The position numbers and the translations under genes were made by a program. The notes under the pieces were generated by a model that worked only from the letters and a program-made list of their open reading frames with translations, was not told where the DNA came from and ran no database searches. From positions 1,161-65,160 of IMG/VR virus record IMGVR_UViG_2821042281_000001: 64,000 nt of DNA; one strand, written 5' to 3'. Source of the DNA: a virus. Its lineage: Duplodnaviria; Caudoviricetes. Below are positions 27,657 through 37,220 of the stretch, one piece after another. Position 1 is the first letter of the stretch. Each line of letters starts with the position of its first letter.

Positions 27657-27980
27657 TCAGTACCCTCTTCTGATGTAATACCCACCGCGATAGTGGTGCC
27701 GATGGTGATTACGCCAGCCGTCATGTCGGTAATAGCGGTGTGAATGCCACCGTGGTCCACGGTAATGTCGGTGGTGCGAGCGCCAATGATGGCGCTTGTA
27801 GTAATGCCGCTTCTTCCAGTGTTTCCGCGAATGATGTCCACGATGATCCCGGACCTGCTCAACATTGGAGCTAATGTCCGGCTTTGCAACGTTGATTGTT
27901 GGTGCAGCTTGCGCAGCACCTGCCCCGATCAGCAGCCCGACGCCCAGAACCCCAGCAATAAGTCCCTTAACAAGCTTCAT
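27657..27980 (-). CDS. Secreted His/Arg/Tyr-rich protein moron
   Basis: AAGGAG SD; signal peptide AQA; H/R-rich tail; hairpin at 27636-27651. Confidence 0.75.
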   Translation of the reverse strand: MKLVKGLIAGVLGVGLLIGAGAAQAAPTINVAKPDISSNVEQVRDHRGHHSRKHWKKRHYYKRHHWRSHHRHYRGPRWHSHRYYRHDGWRNHHRHHYRGGYYIRRGY

Positions 27981-28051
27981 TCTGCATACTCCTTTCAAGA
28001 CGCATCCTGAAGGATTATGCATGAACTTGCGATGAACAGGAAAGCCGAACG

Positions 28052-28384
28052 CTACTCTTCCACCGACAACGTGCGCCACACCCGATATGGCGCCAGCAGC
28101 GCCCGAACGTGACGCGGCAGAACGGCATTGCCTTCGGCCTTCATGTCTGGCTCACGGTTCTCGTACAGATCAGCCGCAACCAACAAGATCGCTGCCGTGA
28201 TGGGCGGCGTAACAATAATGCCATCCGGCAAGGTAGGCGTCGCGCCAGTAGCCACGATTTCCCTGTCGACATATTCGACGACGATCGTTTCCGCTGCAGC
28301 CAGATAAACTTCCAGCTCGGCATCTTCGTCGTCATGAAACATGCGAAGGTGTTTCTTCAGTAATTCCAGGTCAACCAGTGCCAT
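28052..28384 (-). CDS. Head-tail connector (gp6-like)
   Basis: LKKHLR..AILLVAADLYENRE. Confidence 0.92.
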   Translation of the reverse strand: MALVDLELLKKHLRMFHDDEDAELEVYLAAAETIVVEYVDREIVATGATPTLPDGIIVTPPITAAILLVAADLYENREPDMKAEGNAVLPRHVRALLAPYRVWRTLSVEE

Positions 28385-28505
28385 CGCCACCACCCTCCGG
28401 CGGCGTTTCAGGCTCAGGTTCTGGCTCGGGAGCCGGATTTGGATCGACGATTCCCGCCCCGATGTAGCTCGCCACCCGGCGCTTGCGTGTCTTCGTGTCG
28501 GCCAT
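28371..28505 (-). CDS. 44-aa peptide with PE repeats (not in ORF track)
   Basis: GGAGG SD; MADTKTRKRRVASYIG..PEPEPEPE. Confidence 0.45.
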   Translation of the reverse strand: MADTKTRKRRVASYIGAGIVDPNPAPEPEPEPETPPEGGGDGTG

Positions 28506-28641
28506 CGCCAACCTCCGTAAACTTCTCGACATAACCAAGCGCCAGAAGCGGTCCCGCTTGCCAGTTTGGCAGATCGGCGACCATGCCTTCGTCCAATCGG
28601 CCGTAATTGCCGACCAAGGTTTTCAGCGCTTTGATTTTCAT
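28414..28641 (-). CDS. Small capsid-adjacent protein
   Basis: AGGA SD; MKIKALKT..LLALGYVE. Confidence 0.6.
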   Translation of the reverse strand: MKIKALKTLVGNYGRLDEGMVADLPNWQAGPLLALGYVEKFTEVGDGRHEDTQAPGGELHRGGNRRSKSGSRART

Positions 28642-28683
28642 GATTTCCTGGTGAAAAGGGGCGCCGAAGCGCCCCATCAGCAA

Positions 28684-29901
28684 TTAAGGAGTTACAGGCG
28701 GATTGACGTCGCCAGTCGCGAAGGCTTCTGGGCGGTAGACCGCCAGCGCAAGGCGCTCTTCGATACGGATCGTGAACATGTTGTTCTCGAAGTCCTTATC
28801 GTTTTCGCTGGACAGCAGCACTTCGACGCCCATTCGGTCGAAGATCTGCGCACCGAGATTGAACGCGCCGGTCAGGAACTTGCCCGCAGAGATTGCCTGG
28901 GTCTGGACGACCGGCAGATTCCACAGCGAAGGACCGATCGGGGACTGGGCATTACCGACGATGTAGTTGCCGCCAAGATCTTTGGTCAGCTCAATCTTGG
29001 TCCAGTCCGTCGGATGCAGAACGAAACCGCTCGCCGGGTACTCGGCCAAAATGACCTGCAGGATTGCCAGTCGGAGGCGGTCGATCGCAGTTTCGTTCTC
29101 CGGAGTGAATGCCGGAGCGAAGGCCGATGCCTGCGGAAGAATGCCGTGCAGGTTCTGGCCAGTACCGTCGCCGTTCAGAAGCTGGCCTTCTTCAACGAAC
29201 TTGAGCCCGTACGTGCCGCGAGCGTTGATATAGCTTGCAAGGCCCGGAGCGTCGTCGAGGATCTGACGGCTTGCCTTGAAGATATGGGCCAGCGTGCGAA
29301 CAGGCGTGGTTTCCATATCGAAGGTCAGGTCAGACTTGGGCTTCTGAGTGCCTTCTGCGACCGGCGCAGCGCTGTTCGTGAAGCCGGTTTCCTTGACAAA
29401 CTCGACGCTTGCGGCTGAGGTCTGGCCGGGAGCAATCAGGTCGCGGATCGTCAGCTGGCGATTAGGCGGGGCAATGATGCCTGGCACGCGCTGTCCCGGT
29501 ACCAGCGAGGTTCCAGCCGAACGACCGGCGCCGACAGTGGTATTGCCGGAGGTAATGTCAGCGCGTTCCATGCCAACACGGATCGAACCGCGCCATGCGC
29601 CGGACACGTCGGTCGACTTGAACTTTTCGGACGCCACGACGATATCGCCGACGTCCTGCGGACCATGCGCGACGTCTTCACGTTCACGAGCGGCGCGCTT
29701 TTCCAGCTCACTGATGCGGGTCGTGGTGTCGCCGAGCTCAGACAGCGCCTTGTCGACCTTGCCGGTCAGCTCGGTGGAAACAGTTCCGTGCTGCTGAAGC
29801 TGCGTGGTGAAATCGGTCGCGAGATTGCCGACCTTTTCCTTGATAGAAGCCAAAGACTGGCCAAGCTCGCCGATCTTCTCGGCAAGAGAAACTTCGGACA
29901 T
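28684..29901 (-). CDS. Major capsid protein (HK97 fold)
   Basis: Delta-domain coil; VAEG..KP.S, RIEERLALAVYRPEAF. Confidence 0.97.
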   Translation of the reverse strand: MSEVSLAEKIGELGQSLASIKEKVGNLATDFTTQLQQHGTVSTELTGKVDKALSELGDTTTRISELEKRAAREREDVAHGPQDVGDIVVASEKFKSTDVSGAWRGSIRVGMERADITSGNTTVGAGRSAGTSLVPGQRVPGIIAPPNRQLTIRDLIAPGQTSAASVEFVKETGFTNSAAPVAEGTQKPKSDLTFDMETTPVRTLAHIFKASRQILDDAPGLASYINARGTYGLKFVEEGQLLNGDGTGQNLHGILPQASAFAPAFTPENETAIDRLRLAILQVILAEYPASGFVLHPTDWTKIELTKDLGGNYIVGNAQSPIGPSLWNLPVVQTQAISAGKFLTGAFNLGAQIFDRMGVEVLLSSENDKDFENNMFTIRIEERLALAVYRPEAFATGDVNPPVTP

Positions 29902-29915
29902 ACGTCCTCCTGATA

Positions 29916-31034
29916 CTAAATGATGAAAGTGCGTGTTTCGGCTAAAAGCCGTTCGAGGGCCGCCGAAACAGCGGCGTTTTCCGCATCAGCATCAGGTTCC
30001 CCCTGATGTTCCTTGAAGTAGAGCGATGCGGCTCGCTCCGCTTCCGAGTTCGACAAGCCGATCAGTCCCCTGATCCCGTTCTCGAATTCGCGTTTTGTGA
30101 TTTCTTCGCCGGAGGCCATCTTGCTGGCCAACAATTGCGCAGCTTCTGCCTTTGCGGCGTTGGACGCTTTTACGCGGCGTACGTATTCCGGCTCGGTGTT
30201 CGCACCCAATCGAGCCAAGGTCTCGTCGAGCGTGGCAATACGGTCAGCCATGCCCCGGTCGATCAGCGCCTCAGAGTAAAACACCCTCCCCTGACCAAAT
30301 CCGTCTTCGACTTTGGATTTCGTGACGCCACGCCCATCGGCAACGCTCTGCAAAAATCGGCCATAGGAGCGATTTACGCTGTCCTGAATGTAGGCCAGCG
30401 TGTCCTTTCCGAGCGGTTCGGTTTCATTGCCTTCGACCTTGTGCTTGCCCGCTGAAATGTAGGTGCGCTTGACACCAGCCTTTTCCAACGCGGCAGAGAT
30501 ATCATCGTGTGCCGTATAGACACCGATAGATCCCGCACGCCCGGACGGGGTAACGACGATTTCGTCGGCAGACGACGCGATCCAGTAGGCAGCGCTCGCA
30601 GCCAGCGAGTTGACTTGCGCTATGATCGGCTTTTCACCGCCGCGCAGTTTGCGGATTTCCGTTGCGAGTTCGTCCGTGCCCGGTACCGAGCCGCCAGGAC
30701 TATCAATATCAAGAACAACGGCCTTCACATCCTCATTGGATAGTGCCTTGTGCAACTGGCGTTTGATGCCGGCATAAGAAGTGCCGCCACTCATAGCGGA
30801 GAACAGGTCCATTCGGTCGGCTAATACGCCATAAACCGGGATCACTGCGACCTTGCCGTCAGTTTCAGCAATTTCCTTTGCACGAGCGTCGGAAACAGCT
30901 GCCGCAAACTCAGGTGTGACGAGCTTATCGCCCGCCACACGTGCCGCAAGCACATCAGCCAAAACGGCCAGTTTTTCGCGCTGAATCGCCCACGGTTCGG
31001 CCCCGAAGGCCGTCAAAATGTGTTCGAATTTCAT
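29916..31034 (-). CDS. S49 family prohead protease
   Basis: LDIDSPGG, AASAAYWIAS, GSIGV. Confidence 0.95.
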   Translation of the reverse strand: MKFEHILTAFGAEPWAIQREKLAVLADVLAARVAGDKLVTPEFAAAVSDARAKEIAETDGKVAVIPVYGVLADRMDLFSAMSGGTSYAGIKRQLHKALSNEDVKAVVLDIDSPGGSVPGTDELATEIRKLRGGEKPIIAQVNSLAASAAYWIASSADEIVVTPSGRAGSIGVYTAHDDISAALEKAGVKRTYISAGKHKVEGNETEPLGKDTLAYIQDSVNRSYGRFLQSVADGRGVTKSKVEDGFGQGRVFYSEALIDRGMADRIATLDETLARLGANTEPEYVRRVKASNAAKAEAAQLLASKMASGEEITKREFENGIRGLIGLSNSEAERAASLYFKEHQGEPDADAENAAVSAALERLLAETRTFII

Positions 31035-31043
31035 GATTTTCCC

Positions 31044-32282
31044 TTATCCAGCGCTTGGCTGTGCATCATCCAGCGGAGGCCCGCCGTTGTGTCCGACCAT
31101 GGACAGAGGCTGCATGGTGCCGTTGACGATCAATTCGTCGCCGCCATCCATCTTTTGCTTATTCTCGTAAGCTCTGGCCTCGTTCGGCGTATAAATGCCG
31201 TTCTGGACCATCTTCTGCAGGAACTCCGCCCTCGCCTGACTATCGCCACGCAGCAGACCTTCCATATTGAACTTCACGACAGTCGTTTTGCGGGTCTTTG
31301 CATCAAGCAAGTCGCGGTAGATCGCGGATTCAATGCTTTTCAGCAGTGGCGCCAGACAGGTCTTGGTGAACTGCAGGATCAATTGCTCGATCCCGCTTCC
31401 CCAAGTCGTCGTTCCGTTCGCGGCATGTCCGATCATGACCGGCGGAACCCCGAAGATGCGGCAGATCTGCTCGACGCTGTACTGGCGCGTCTCAAGCATC
31501 TGCGCGTCTTTGGGGTTGATGGTGATCTGCGACGGGGTGAGACCCGCCTCCAGCACCGCAATCCCTCCTGCCTTGTCGGCACCGGCAAATGCCTGCAACG
31601 ATTCCGCAATCTGCTTGCGCTGATCGGGCTTCAGAACCTGGTCCGATGACAAGACGACCGAAGCCATCATGCCGTTTTTGAACATACGGCCAGACGTTTT
31701 TTCGCCAGCCATGGCGTTGCCGATCACATTGCGCTGCGCGGCAATAGGCGAAAGGCCACGATCACAGCCAGGCATGACCAATCCGCGGACATGAAGCATG
31801 TCTTCTTCGCGGATTTTACGGACACCACCCTTCTTGCCGTTTTTGTACTGCTCGGTGACCTCGTAATAGCGGTTGTTCCGATCATCGCGCTTTACATCAA
31901 CGCAAAGCGGGTTGAACGGGTTCAACGCTACCAGCCGGCCGCCATTTTTCTTCTTCTCCGCGAAGAAATTGCCATCAAGGCAGAGGCAAAGGGCAGCCAT
32001 ACCCCAGAAATCTGACGCACTATCGTCCAAGTTCGGCAAGTCGTGCAGCAGTTCGTACAGCGGATTCTCATAATCGACTTCAACACCATCGCCCTTGTAG
32101 ACATTGCAGGGCAGCGTCTTCACGGCGTTGGAAATCAGGTTCACACACGCCCAGACAGCATCAAGCTGCATGGCGTGCTCATAAGTGACCGTCTCGCCGC
32201 TTGTCGTCGACATTCCAAAGAATGCGCGCCATGGGCCGGAAAGAAGCCCGAAAGGCTTCCCGACCCAAGTCAAAAGGCCCAT
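31044..32282 (-). CDS. Portal protein (HK97 family)
   Basis: AVWACVNLIS, ICRIFGVPP, TPNEAR. Confidence 0.96.
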   Translation of the reverse strand: MGLLTWVGKPFGLLSGPWRAFFGMSTTSGETVTYEHAMQLDAVWACVNLISNAVKTLPCNVYKGDGVEVDYENPLYELLHDLPNLDDSASDFWGMAALCLCLDGNFFAEKKKNGGRLVALNPFNPLCVDVKRDDRNNRYYEVTEQYKNGKKGGVRKIREEDMLHVRGLVMPGCDRGLSPIAAQRNVIGNAMAGEKTSGRMFKNGMMASVVLSSDQVLKPDQRKQIAESLQAFAGADKAGGIAVLEAGLTPSQITINPKDAQMLETRQYSVEQICRIFGVPPVMIGHAANGTTTWGSGIEQLILQFTKTCLAPLLKSIESAIYRDLLDAKTRKTTVVKFNMEGLLRGDSQARAEFLQKMVQNGIYTPNEARAYENKQKMDGGDELIVNGTMQPLSMVGHNGGPPLDDAQPSAG

Positions 32283-32290
32283 GGGCACTC

Positions 32291-34144
32291 CTACCAGGTT
32301 ATAGTGATCATGTTGTTGACGAAGTCGTCGAGGTCGGCTGGCTCGATCGGTGTATCCATCGCTACACCAACCGCCATTGCCAAAGCGACAGCAGCGTCGA
32401 TGCGCACTGACGCCTTCGTCTTCACGAACCATCGGTTGTCTTGTGGGTCATGATCGAAGGTGGCGCCCATCAGGGCGGTCATAAGTACCGGATTGCGCCG
32501 CATGCGAATGCGACCGTCGATAATCATGTCTTCGAGCGCCAGAACCGAGCCCGGCATCCACAAGCCTTGCGGCGGTGGCAGGCCAGCAGCTTTTGCCGCT
32601 TCTACCTTTGCAGGCTCAGGCCGAGCCCGAACCTTGCCGCCCTGTGGGTGTGCGACATGTTCAATGTCCAACCCGAGCGCTTCGACTTCCTCGCGGAACT
32701 TGTCGTAGGCGTAGCGGTCATACGCGATGGCTTGAATGTCAAAGGCTTGATGGATTTGCTGCACCCGAGAGGCTACGAAGTCATATCGAATTCGTTTACC
32801 GGGCGGGGCATTCAACCAGCCCTGTTTCACCCAAAGCGCATATGGCGCCTTGTCAGCCTGTTCTCGTGCTTCCAGCGTATCGGCAGGTGTCCACGCCTCA
32901 ACCCACGCATCGAACGTAGGCAGATTGACGGTAGATCCGTCCTCCCGCTCCATTTCCTTGAAGCCAGTAGGCACGACGCATGCAAGAACCGTCATGTCCT
33001 TGCTGCCGGACAGGTCGACGCCCATGAAAACCGGCTTGTCTGCGTGTTCGACTTCAGGATCGAAATCGTCCATTACGCTTTCGACGGTCTCGCGTGGCAT
33101 CCATGCCTTGTCAGCATCGGTCCAGCAGCAGAAATGTAGGCGCAGAATGCCGTTCAGCTTGCCCGGCATTTGCTTTGCCTGCGCGACAACACCGGCCAGA
33201 TATTCCTGCGTCAGGATTACGCCCAGAAGCGGGTTAGCCTTCTTCCAGCAGGTTTCGTCCTTGAGCGGATCGTCACCCTTGTCCAGCGCGCAGACATAGG
33301 AAAATGTCGTGTCGTCGATCACCTCGCCGACATAGGTAAAATCCTCATCCGGCGTCTGTGTCCCTGCTGCAACCTTGACGGCATGCTCGTGCTCTTCCCA
33401 GCAAATGCTGTTTCGGTCGCTGCCCGAGTTCGTAATCATCAACAGCAGAGGCTGGCGACGAAACTTGAAGCCGCGCTCAAGCATTTCCATCGTCGAGCGG
33501 TCTGGGTGTTCGTGGACTTCGTCGCAAAGCGCGAAGTGCGGTCGCGGACCAGAGCCAGACTTGCCGGAATCCTTCGAGATCGGACGAAAAAACGATTGCG
33601 ACTTGTGATGCGCGATATTGAACTCGCGCCCGATACCGCCGCTGAATTTCAACCGCTCGACCAATGCAGGAGCAGCGCGCACCATTTTCACGGCATCCTG
33701 AAAAAGAATTCCAGCCTGTTCTTTCTTGGCAGCAGCGGCATAGATCTGCGCGCCGGCTTCCTTGTCGGCAATCAGACCGTATAGACCGACACCGCCAGCA
33801 AACGGCGATTTGCCGTTGCCCTTGCCTTCCTCGATATAGGCGCGCCGAAAGCGGCGCGAACCGTCAGCACGTTTCCAGCCGAACAGCGAACCCAGCTTGA
33901 ACGCCTGTGAGGCATGCAATTTGAATGGCTTGCCTTCGAACTGGCCTTCAGAAAGCTTGAGCCGACCTTCAAAGAACCTAAACACGCGATCGGCGGCGTC
34001 GTCATCCCAATACAGCCCGCGCTCGTGCCCGTGTTCGAGATCGTCGAAATGGCGGCGGCAGGCATTACGAACGTGAGGGCCGGCAACTTCTCTGCCATCA
34101 ATGACGGCTTGCGCATAAGCGCTCACACGCTCAAGCGCCGGCAT
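32291..34144 (-). CDS. terL: Terminase large subunit
   Basis: GKGNGKS Walker A, LCDEVHEH, GVDLS, RIDAAVALAMA. Confidence 0.97.
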   Translation of the reverse strand: MPALERVSAYAQAVIDGREVAGPHVRNACRRHFDDLEHGHERGLYWDDDAADRVFRFFEGRLKLSEGQFEGKPFKLHASQAFKLGSLFGWKRADGSRRFRRAYIEEGKGNGKSPFAGGVGLYGLIADKEAGAQIYAAAAKKEQAGILFQDAVKMVRAAPALVERLKFSGGIGREFNIAHHKSQSFFRPISKDSGKSGSGPRPHFALCDEVHEHPDRSTMEMLERGFKFRRQPLLLMITNSGSDRNSICWEEHEHAVKVAAGTQTPDEDFTYVGEVIDDTTFSYVCALDKGDDPLKDETCWKKANPLLGVILTQEYLAGVVAQAKQMPGKLNGILRLHFCCWTDADKAWMPRETVESVMDDFDPEVEHADKPVFMGVDLSGSKDMTVLACVVPTGFKEMEREDGSTVNLPTFDAWVEAWTPADTLEAREQADKAPYALWVKQGWLNAPPGKRIRYDFVASRVQQIHQAFDIQAIAYDRYAYDKFREEVEALGLDIEHVAHPQGGKVRARPEPAKVEAAKAAGLPPPQGLWMPGSVLALEDMIIDGRIRMRRNPVLMTALMGATFDHDPQDNRWFVKTKASVRIDAAVALAMAVGVAMDTPIEPADLDDFVNNMITITW

Positions 34145-34145
34145 A

Positions 34146-34532
34146 TCAGTCAAGCAGATCATCCTTTTCCTCGCCCTCGTCAGGCGTCGCCACCTTGGAG
34201 GCATCGGCAGGCGTAGCGCCCATCTGGCCAAGCATCTGGCGAAGCAAATTCATCGCCTGCACGCCTACCTCCTGCCCGGCCATGATGCGTCCCTGAATAG
34301 TCGAGGCCATTCCGACCAGTGTACGATGCGATTCATTCAGCCACGGCAGCTCTTTGGCGAAAAGCTTCCAGGCTGACTTCGCTTTGATCTCAGCGCTGTC
34401 CTTCAACCAAACGGGAGGAGCCCCAAGAGGGCCGTTTGCGGCCGGTTCGGCGCGGTTTTTGTACCGACCGGCATTGATTTTGTCGCGACCCTCGACCTTT
34501 GCTTTGCCGAGGGGATTTCTCGGCTTTGCCAT
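34146..34532 (-). CDS. terS: Terminase small subunit
   Basis: APPVWL..MGATPADASKV; upstream of TerL. Confidence 0.85.
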   Translation of the reverse strand: MAKPRNPLGKAKVEGRDKINAGRYKNRAEPAANGPLGAPPVWLKDSAEIKAKSAWKLFAKELPWLNESHRTLVGMASTIQGRIMAGQEVGVQAMNLLRQMLGQMGATPADASKVATPDEGEEKDDLLD

Positions 34533-34753
34533 GGAATGAAATCCTTATGGGGTCATGTTTTGAATTGCAGATGCGTGCGCTGTCGGTCCCCGCCGGTCCG
34601 GGGCTGCCGCGCCTTGGGACTTTTTGATGCCCCCCTCGATGGGGTTCAGAGGGTGACCCTCCATGATATCACATCGCTCGAGGGCCGTCGAACAGAAATT
34701 TCGAAAAAAGTGATATTTTTCAAAATTTTTTCGGCTTTTCTTGATGTATCACT
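34533..34753. other. Probable cos/packaging initiation region
   Basis: Intergenic gap between HNH and TerS as in HK97-like phages; exact site not identified. Confidence 0.45.
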
Positions 34754-35065
34754 TCAACTGACCGGCCATCCGTCTGGTCCGAACCGAACGACGTCCTGCC
34801 CGAGCTCTTCACGACGCTTGATGCGGTCATGGCAGGGGGCGCAAAGGCTTTGGAGATTGTCTGGATCGAAGAACAGCGCCTCGTCACCCCTATGTGGTCG
34901 CACATGGTCACATACCGTGGCAGGCGTGACTTCCTCTTGCTGCAAGCAGTAAGCACACAGAGGATGTGCAGTCAGTTGCCGCTCACGTAAGCGTTGCCAT
35001 CGTGCGGTCTTGTAGAGCTTGCGGTAAGCACTGGCTTCTGTGCTGCGCTGATCACGTCTGGTCAC
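34754..35065 (-). CDS. HNH endonuclease (terminase-associated)
   Basis: CAYC..DHVRPH..NLQSLCAPCH. Confidence 0.92.
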   Translation of the reverse strand: MTRRDQRSTEASAYRKLYKTARWQRLRERQLTAHPLCAYCLQQEEVTPATVCDHVRPHRGDEALFFDPDNLQSLCAPCHDRIKRREELGQDVVRFGPDGWPVS

Positions 35066-35108
35066 GCTTACCTTCGCACAGCTGATTAAGAGTCAGCTGC
35101 TCTTTAAT

Positions 35109-35184
35109 TGGTTGCGGGCATCGGGATCGAACCGATCATATCCGGCTTATGAGACCGGCGAGCACACCAGCGCTCTCGCCCGCT
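35109..35184 (-). tRNA. tRNA-Met (CAT), initiator-like but atypical
   Basis: 76-nt cloverleaf: D arm GAGC/GCTC, anticodon loop CTCATAA, T loop TTCGATC, encoded CCA. Confidence 0.88.
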
Positions 35185-35194
35185 GAAATTGAAT

Positions 35195-35220
35195 GGAACA
35201 ATTAATCGATGACGCCCGTT
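35195..35220 (+). promoter_or_regulatory. sigmaEcfG-type promoter
   Basis: GGAAC-N17-CGTT, full consensus. Confidence 0.7.
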
Positions 35221-35249
35221 CTCTCCTCGTAATCGAAAAGGAGAATGAA

Positions 35250-35549
35250 ATGGCACAGACCACCGAAGGCATGCTTTCCGAACAAATCGACGCATTGCGC
35301 AAGGAAATCAGCAGCCTATCGTCCCGATTGTCAGATCATCTCGGGAATCTATCCGGCGCAACCGACAACGCCCTCGCGTCCACGAAGGACGCGGTGAATG
35401 TGCTCGCCGAAGGGGCACGTGAACATGGTCAGCGTGCTGTGCAATACGCACGCGAAAATCCCGGAACCGCATCGGCGTGGGCATCCGTCGGACTGGTCGC
35501 CTTGGTTGCATGCATGCTCATGAAGGGCCGCGGCAGTCGTTACCGGTAG
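35250..35549 (+). CDS. ElaB/YqjD/DUF883-like stress membrane protein moron
   Basis: Coiled coil then YARENP plus C-terminal TM; AAGGAG SD. Confidence 0.78.
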   Translation: MAQTTEGMLSEQIDALRKEISSLSSRLSDHLGNLSGATDNALASTKDAVNVLAEGAREHGQRAVQYARENPGTASAWASVGLVALVACMLMKGRGSRYR

Positions 35550-35578
35550 ATTCCGTTGAGCCAGCCAGTTGAAACAGA

Positions 35579-35968
35579 CTATCGCGGACCTGGCCGCCAG
35601 TCGGTATCGATCCTTCCTTCCTCAGCTTTATGGAAATACTGGGAGCAGACCAACCAACCTTTAATTGGTCTCAACAACAGAACACATGCAATCACGATGA
35701 TCGGCAGGGTCGTGATTGCATGAACCCAGATCGGTGGATCAAAAACTGATTGCAACCAGATACCGAATAGCAGCGCAGGCACCGCGGCGATCGACATCGA
35801 AAAGAATGCGGGGCCGTCAGCGGGATCGGCGAACGAATAGTCCAGACCGCAAACCTCGCACTGCTTGGCTAGTGTTAGATAGCCCTTGAACAGGTGTCCT
35901 TGTTGGCACCTCGGGCATAGCCCTCGGACACCGGTACGAAACGGACTCTTCGTTGCGGAATACGTCAT
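35579..35968 (-). CDS. DUF983 family membrane protein
   Basis: CPRCQQGHLFKGYL..CEVCG..PADGPAFF. Confidence 0.88.
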   Translation of the reverse strand: MTYSATKSPFRTGVRGLCPRCQQGHLFKGYLTLAKQCEVCGLDYSFADPADGPAFFSMSIAAVPALLFGIWLQSVFDPPIWVHAITTLPIIVIACVLLLRPIKGWLVCSQYFHKAEEGRIDTDWRPGPR

Positions 35969-36219
35969 ATCTGGCTCCTCAAACTATCAATTAGGAGAGC
36001 CCAACAATCAATCAAGCCAATCGTGCCGGCGGGGAGCCTACCGCAATAGGCTCAACCCGCCGAACCAGCAGCCGGAGGAGAAACGGCGCTGGAATAGTGA
36101 CCCCACCGGCGAAGCCAGCAGGGGCGGCTCTTGTAACCGCACTGAAACGAGAAAGGCCGCGCATGGCGGCCTTGATGTAGTCTTCCCCTCATTGGGGAGT
36201 TGAAGCGGATCTGGGTGCA

Positions 36220-37017
36220 CTACGCAGGTTGTGCGATATTCCAAATGTTTCGATACGCCAGGGGATGAAGCTCCAGATCGTCCATAGCGCCCCGCACCGC
36301 AGCTAGCCCGCGGAAAACAAGAGACCTCCCCGCCGCAGTTGCCTGCTTGTGCTTGAACCCGTCTTTCTCGCCTATTTCAGCCAGCGTCTGCCCACCTAGC
36401 ACCGCATCCTCGAATGGCTCGATGAGCGGCCCAAGCCTTGACCGCAGATAAGCAAGGATCGGTCTTGTGTCGATTTTCTCGAGCAGCAAATCGTCGGTGA
36501 ATTTCAAACTGAGGCTCGGCGTCTTACCGGTCTTGGGTATTGGAACCGTGCCGTCGTCGTTCTCGAAGTAGGCATCGACTTTGACGTTCACCTTGCGCAT
36601 GGCAGGAAGGGCATAAGCTCCCTTGCTTCTGCGGAGCTTACCGGAATATTCAATTTCTCCGCCTTTCACACCACCTTCCCAGTTCCGCGCTGCGGCAGCC
36701 TCAACCTCTTCAGTGCCTTTCAAGCGTTTGCTTTCTTGAGCAGCGTGCAGGCCAGCATCATATCCATAGTCTTGGCCCTTAAGTGGCTCGGCGTCGGCGA
36801 CGGCGACAAGCCGACGATATTGCATAACCAGTTCGATGTAGCCGTGCAGCTTGTCTCGGCGCAAAACCGCCAGCAGTGGAAAATCCTCGTTATCATTCGC
36901 AGGGACAGCAGGATCACCGATCGACTGGCGCTGTTTGATGCGTCGCAATTGCGTGGCCATTGCCTTAGCCTCCTGTTTGGTCCGTGCGGCACGGTCGAGA
37001 TAGATCACATTTCCCAT
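36220..37017 (-). CDS. Putative late-gene regulator with C-terminal HTH
   Basis: Q-like position; AVLGGQTLAEIG. Confidence 0.6.
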   Translation of the reverse strand: MGNVIYLDRAARTKQEAKAMATQLRRIKQRQSIGDPAVPANDNEDFPLLAVLRRDKLHGYIELVMQYRRLVAVADAEPLKGQDYGYDAGLHAAQESKRLKGTEEVEAAAARNWEGGVKGGEIEYSGKLRRSKGAYALPAMRKVNVKVDAYFENDDGTVPIPKTGKTPSLSLKFTDDLLLEKIDTRPILAYLRSRLGPLIEPFEDAVLGGQTLAEIGEKDGFKHKQATAAGRSLVFRGLAAVRGAMDDLELHPLAYRNIWNIAQPA

Positions 37018-37220
37018 CAAGCTGCCTCCTCATTCAGAAGATCCGACAGGTACACGCCGTCGACTGCATAGAACTCGAACTCTTCCCGGCGCTTAATTGC
37101 CGCCGTCTGCCAGCCTCTTAGTCCCAGGTCTCGTGCATATGGAGATGATGAATGCTGGTCTTCATCGATCGGGCAGTTGTCATTCGCGGCGAAATATTTG
37201 TCTTTCAGTTTCTGCTTCAT
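37017..37220 (-). CDS. Small hypothetical protein
   Basis: Coupled at both ends; AANDN..EEAA. Confidence 0.6.
   Translation of the reverse strand: MKQKLKDKYFAANDNCPIDEDQHSSSPYARDLGLRGWQTAAIKRREEFEFYAVDGVYLSDLLNEEAA

Noticed and set aside
13983-34216. Long plus-strand ORFs opposite structural genes (e.g. 13983-14900, 23357-24283, 28483-29418)
   Set aside because: Shadow frames expected in GC-rich coding DNA; no motifs or SD
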